Below are positions 60,043-64,000 of a stretch of DNA of 64,000 nucleotides, piece by piece (positions within the stretch are counted from its first letter, which is position 1; each line of letters opens with the position of its first letter). The stretch lies in the NCBI GenBank assembly GCA_963775425.1, contig CAVZJB010000009.1, positions 160,001 through 224,000 on the forward strand, in the 5' to 3' direction. The position numbers and the translations under genes were made by a program. The notes under the pieces are model-generated. The model ran no database searches and had not been told where the DNA came from. It saw only the letters and a list, made by a program, of their open reading frames with translations. This DNA is from an uncultured delta proteobacterium (GTDB lineage Bacteria > Myxococcota > UBA727 > VGSZ01).

Positions 60043-61058
60043 AGATCGACCTGCGCGTCGATCCCACGGCTCGCCGCATCGCCTTTGCCGCCGCGACGCC
60101 GTTCGTGCTCGTCGCCATCGGCAGCGAGGGCTACCACGTCATCGAGGGTTGGAGCTGGCTCGACGCCCTCTACATGACGGTGACCACGCTCTCCACGGTG
60201 GGCTTCGGCGAGGTGCATCCCCTCTCGGCCGCGGGGCGCATGTTCACCGTCGGTCTCGTGCTCGGCGGCGTCTTCACCATGGCCGCCGCGGTGACGTCGG
60301 TGATCAGCTCTCTGGTTTCAGGCGAGGTGCAAAAGCTCCTCGGGAGGCAGCGCATGGAGCGCAGCTTGGCGTCGATGAAGGACCACGTGATCGTCTGCGG
60401 CTACGGGCGCATGGGACACATCGTTTGTGACGAGCTGGCGGTCATCAACCAGCCGTTCGTCGCCATCGACCGCGACCACAACCTCATCGAGCACTTCCCC
60501 GGCCACATCGGGGTCGCGCTCGAGGGGGACGCCACGGCCGACGAGGTGCTGCGCAAGGCCGGCATCGACCGCGCCCGCGCCGTCGTCAGCGCGCTGCCGC
60601 ACGACGCCGACAACCTCTTCGTCACCATGAGCGCCAAGCTCTTGAACGAGAAGGTCTTCGTCGTCGCGCGCGCCGAAGACCCCGCCAGCGAGGCCAAGCT
60701 CACGCGCGCCGGCGCCAACCGCGTCGTCGCCCCCTACGTCCTCGGCGGCGGCCGCGTGGTGCAGGCGGTGCTCAGGCCGACGGTGCTCGACTTCATCGAC
60801 CTCGCCACCAAGACGCACCACATCGAGCTGCAGATGGAGGAGACGTTGGTGCACCACAGCTCCGGCCTCATCGGCAAGAAGCTGAGCGAGTCCATGAACC
60901 GCGAGCACCGCATCATCATCGTGGCCATCAAGCGCAAGAACGGGAAGATGGAATTCAACCCGGGCGGCGAGACCAAGCTCGACGAGGGCGACACGCTGAT
61001 CTCCCTCGGGCACCGCCATGACCTCGATCGCCTCGAGCGGCTCGCGGCCGGATCGTAG
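60039..61058 (+). CDS. Two-TM potassium channel with RCK (TrkA-N/TrkA-C) domains
   Basis: TLSTVGFGE filter; HVIVCGYGRMG; GDAT; GTGA overlap with upstream gene. Confidence 0.93.
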   Translation: MKIDLRVDPTARRIAFAAATPFVLVAIGSEGYHVIEGWSWLDALYMTVTTLSTVGFGEVHPLSAAGRMFTVGLVLGGVFTMAAAVTSVISSLVSGEVQKLLGRQRMERSLASMKDHVIVCGYGRMGHIVCDELAVINQPFVAIDRDHNLIEHFPGHIGVALEGDATADEVLRKAGIDRARAVVSALPHDADNLFVTMSAKLLNEKVFVVARAEDPASEAKLTRAGANRVVAPYVLGGGRVVQAVLRPTVLDFIDLATKTHHIELQMEETLVHHSSGLIGKKLSESMNREHRIIIVAIKRKNGKMEFNPGGETKLDEGDTLISLGHRHDLDRLERLAAGS

Positions 61059-61970
61059 TCACCGCTCGACGAGGGGCAGCCGGCGCTGGCGGCGCTCATC
61101 GTCGATGCGCTTGTGCGCGATGGTGCAGTAGTCGCCGTCGCGCTCAACCCCCACCCAGTGACGGTCGAGGCGGTCGGAGGCGAGCAAGGTCGAACCGGAC
61201 CCGGCGAAGCAGTCGAGGATGCGGTCCCCCCGGTTCGTCCCCGCGAGGACGATCCGCTCCATCACGCGCAGCGGCTTCTGCGACGGGTGCTTGCCGTGCA
61301 CCCTCTCGCGCGCCGGCGTCACCGGGATCTCCCAGAAGTTGCGCATCTGCTTGCCGCCGTTGAGCGCCTTCATCGAGTCGTAGTTGAAGGTCCAGTTCTT
61401 CGCCTTCTTGTTGGTGTTGTTGCACAGCCACAGGATCTGCTCCGTGCTCTCGGTGAGCATGCGACAGGTGATGTTGGGCTGGGCGTTCGGCTTCGCCCAG
61501 ATGATGCTGTTCACGATGCGCAGATCCAGGCGAGCGGCAATGGCACCAATCGTATAGATATTGTGATAGCTCCCGAAGATGAAGATGTTGCCGTTCTCCT
61601 TGGTGGTGCGGCACACCTCCTTGAGCCATGCGGCGGTGAACTCCTCGTACTCGTCGTGGGTAAACCGATCCCACTCGCTGTCGATGGTCACGTGCGAGGA
61701 GAACGCCCACGACAGACCCTTTCTGTCGCGAGCAATATTGTATGGTGGATCGGTGATACATGCATGGAAATACCGGTTGCTCCATTGCGACAAGGTCTCC
61801 AGGCAATTGCCATGGTAGAGCTGGTTGGGCAGCGGACTGACCTTGTCGCTCCCTCGCTTCGGCAGCGTCGAGATCGATCCCGTCGAAAGCGGACGGGCCA
61901 CGGGCTCGTACGGCCGCTCGAGATCGAGCGGCTCCACTTCGCCGGCCTGGAACTTCGCCATCGCCACCAT
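61059..61970 (-). CDS. Beta-class N6A/N4C DNA methyltransferase (DpnA/CcrM-like)
   Basis: DPPY before FAGSG; HNIY, WAKPN, FNY..MK..NGGKQMR, KHPSQKP. Confidence 0.92.
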   Translation of the reverse strand: MVAMAKFQAGEVEPLDLERPYEPVARPLSTGSISTLPKRGSDKVSPLPNQLYHGNCLETLSQWSNRYFHACITDPPYNIARDRKGLSWAFSSHVTIDSEWDRFTHDEYEEFTAAWLKEVCRTTKENGNIFIFGSYHNIYTIGAIAARLDLRIVNSIIWAKPNAQPNITCRMLTESTEQILWLCNNTNKKAKNWTFNYDSMKALNGGKQMRNFWEIPVTPARERVHGKHPSQKPLRVMERIVLAGTNRGDRILDCFAGSGSTLLASDRLDRHWVGVERDGDYCTIAHKRIDDERRQRRLPLVER

Positions 61971-62132
61971 CCTTCACCCTCCGATCGCACGCACACATCC
62001 GCCGCGAGCGCAAGCTCGCGAGGATCCTTGGGTTCACGTCGTCGTCACGAAGGCGACCTCGTCGCCTCTTGTCCTCTGCTGCCGACTATGGAGCCAACGT
62101 GCGACCGCTCCAAGTTTTCCGCCGAACGAATT

Positions 62133-63572
62133 TCAGCGGGCCCCGAACACGCCGAGCTCTTCGCGCGTCCAGACGTGCCCGCTGCCGAGCGGAGCGACGT
62201 GGTAGCGCCAGAGCGTGGCGCGCACGTCGAGGGGGCGCGCGCCGTGGAAGGGGTCGCCGGCGAGGAGCGCGAGCACCGACGGCTCGGCGTCGCGGAGCCG
62301 CTCGAGGAACCGGAAGAACCACGGGCTCCGGCGCGGCGAGCCGAGCGCGGCGAACCACATCTGCCAGTCGAGCCGTGGCTGGTGCGGCGCGACGAAGCCG
62401 GGGAGCGCGTCGACGTCGCCGGGCTTGTCCTTGAACGCGTACGGCAGCCAGGTCTCTCCGTCGAGCGTGCCCTCGACGACGATCTCGTCGCGCTCGGTGG
62501 TCATGCTGGCGAACAGCCCATAGCCGCCGGCGACGAGGAACGGCTCCACGCGCATCATGACGTCGTCGAACGGCAGCGGCGCGCGCACCAGCCGCTCGGT
62601 CTCGGCGAGCAGGCCGAGGACGATGAGCACGCACGAGAGGACGGCGACGGCGGCGCGTCCGGCCCCCGCGCGCGCCACGGGGGCCCGCGCGGCCGCGGCC
62701 GGCGGCGACGACGATCCGCTCGAAGCCGAGGCCGGCAGGAGGGCGCGGGCGAGAGAGCGCCAGGCGTCGTCGTCGACGGCGGCGAGGGCGAGGACGGTGG
62801 TGAGCGCGTTGAAGAACGCGAAGTTGCCGGTGAGCGCGATGACCGCTTGCAGGAGCGTCATCCCCGCGACGGCGGCGTGGCGCACCTTGCGCAGCGGCAC
62901 GAAGAGGAGAGGGGGGAGGCCGAGCTGGATGACGAACATCAGGAGGCACGACAGATCGAGCAGCGGCGCCGGCAGGTGGTGCGCGAGCCAGCCCACGGGC
63001 GTCGGCAGCGGCTGCGTCTCGAAGTGGAAGTGGAGCGCGGTGAGGGAGCGCCAGCTCTCGTCGCCCGAGAGGAGCTTCGACAGGCCCGAGCCCATCTCGA
63101 GCCGCGCCGCCAGCGCCCACACGAGGACCAACGAAAACGGCGAGGGCCGCCGCGGCGACATCAGCGCCGCGACGATGAGCGACTCGCACAGGAGCATGTC
63201 CCACTGGTAGCCGAGGAAGATCTGCCCGGCGCCGCACAGCGACAGGTAGAGCGCGTACGCGACCAAAAGCGCGGGGCCGGCGAAGACGTCGGCGACGGCG
63301 AGGGCCGACGCGATCATGCCGGCGGCGCAGAAGGCGAGCAGCCAGCCGTCGCTCGCGCCGGTGAGCCAGAACAGCGAAGGCAGCCGCGTCACGCGCTCGA
63401 CGAGGTCGAGGCGGTCGGCGACGCGCTCGAAGAACGCTTGCGCGGGGAGGATGCCGTGCGCCCCCACGAGCCCGCGGAGCTGCGCGGCGAGCGAGGCGAA
63501 CGCGACGAGCGCGCAGCCGCCGACGCCGCGAACGACGACGGCGCGGGCGACGCGGAAGCGCTCAGCCCACAT
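62133..63572 (-). CDS. Lipase maturation factor family protein
   Basis: GLVGAHGILP, FLGYQWDMLLCE, HFETQPLP, TGNFAFFN, PHQPRLDWQMWFAAL. Confidence 0.93.
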   Translation of the reverse strand: MWAERFRVARAVVVRGVGGCALVAFASLAAQLRGLVGAHGILPAQAFFERVADRLDLVERVTRLPSLFWLTGASDGWLLAFCAAGMIASALAVADVFAGPALLVAYALYLSLCGAGQIFLGYQWDMLLCESLIVAALMSPRRPSPFSLVLVWALAARLEMGSGLSKLLSGDESWRSLTALHFHFETQPLPTPVGWLAHHLPAPLLDLSCLLMFVIQLGLPPLLFVPLRKVRHAAVAGMTLLQAVIALTGNFAFFNALTTVLALAAVDDDAWRSLARALLPASASSGSSSPPAAAARAPVARAGAGRAAVAVLSCVLIVLGLLAETERLVRAPLPFDDVMMRVEPFLVAGGYGLFASMTTERDEIVVEGTLDGETWLPYAFKDKPGDVDALPGFVAPHQPRLDWQMWFAALGSPRRSPWFFRFLERLRDAEPSVLALLAGDPFHGARPLDVRATLWRYHVAPLGSGHVWTREELGVFGAR

Positions 63573-64000
63573 GGCCTTCGGCGACGCGCGCCGCGAGCTC
63601 CGGCAGGACCTCCTCGGCCGGGCCGATGAGGTTTTCGAAGCCGAACGCTTTGTCGACGTTGACGTTCACGAGCATGGAGCGCGCGTAGCGCCCTGCGCGG
63701 ACCGCGTAGTCGGTGATGCCGACGGAGAAGGACGTGCCGACGAAGACGATGACGCCGGCGTCGTTCAACGCGCGACGCGCCTCGCGCATCTTGTAGGCCG
63801 GGTGCGACTCGTACATCTCGTCGAAGAGCAGGACCAAGGGCCGCAGCGGCGCGCCGCAGAGATCGCAGCGGGGGAGGTCGGCGGCGTCGTCGTCGGCGAG
63901 GGCAGAGAGGAAAACATGAAAGACGGGCTCGAGCACGCGGCGGCAGCCGTCGCGGGTGCACACGAAGCGGTCGTGCCGGCCGTGGATCTCGACGAGCTGG
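63562..64000 (-). CDS. SIR2-family NAD-dependent deacylase (5' end outside the window)
   Basis: VEIHG..C...C..CDLCGAPLRPLVLLFDE..VGTS..VNVN. Confidence 0.85.
   Translation of the reverse strand, partial: QLVEIHGRHDRFVCTRDGCRRVLEPVFHVFLSALADDDAADLPRCDLCGAPLRPLVLLFDEMYESHPAYKMREARRALNDAGVIVFVGTSFSVGITDYAVRAGRYARSMLVNVNVDKAFGFENLIGPAEEVLPELAARVAEGHVG

Noticed and set aside
61059-64000. SIR2 plus methyltransferase as an anti-phage island (Thoeris/DSR)
   Set aside because: The SIR2 has the Zn-binding Cys pairs of housekeeping CobB-type deacylases; no TIR, nuclease or ATPase partners visible

Overview
High-GC chromosomal window, most likely from a Myxococcota (deltaproteobacterial) bacterium. The assignment rests on a FrzS-like pseudo-receiver, a myxobacterial PilZ protein, a DUF4388 protein, PEGA-bearing Ser/Thr kinases, an FHA-sigma54 activator and many Cys-rich lipoproteins. 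About 55 CDSs are supported. Housekeeping genes include galU, pssA, uvrB, bcp, trxB, glmU, rph, rdgB, ndh and lgt; the rest are mostly signalling and envelope genes. I saw no rRNA, tRNA, CRISPR array, prophage or intact transposase. The most notable unannotated structures are: (1) a probable ~110-nt sigma54-driven small RNA upstream of rph with two C-rich hairpin loops, upstream activator palindromes and a U-tail (Pxr-like architecture); (2) an isolated sctJ/fliG-like ring pair translationally coupled to a K+ channel; (3) a modular intergenic element found three times directly behind TGA stop codons, one copy carrying an IS1182-like transposase fragment; (4) an FG-GAP gene enclosed by ~235-bp inverted repeats and two microsatellites, one forming a GGA-loop hairpin array; (5) an exported PEP-synthase-like lipoprotein next to a lamin-tail lipoprotein; (6) a kinase/FHA-activator module whose sigma54 promoters and shared upstream sites can be read in the DNA. 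All family assignments come from motif recognition by eye, not database searches.
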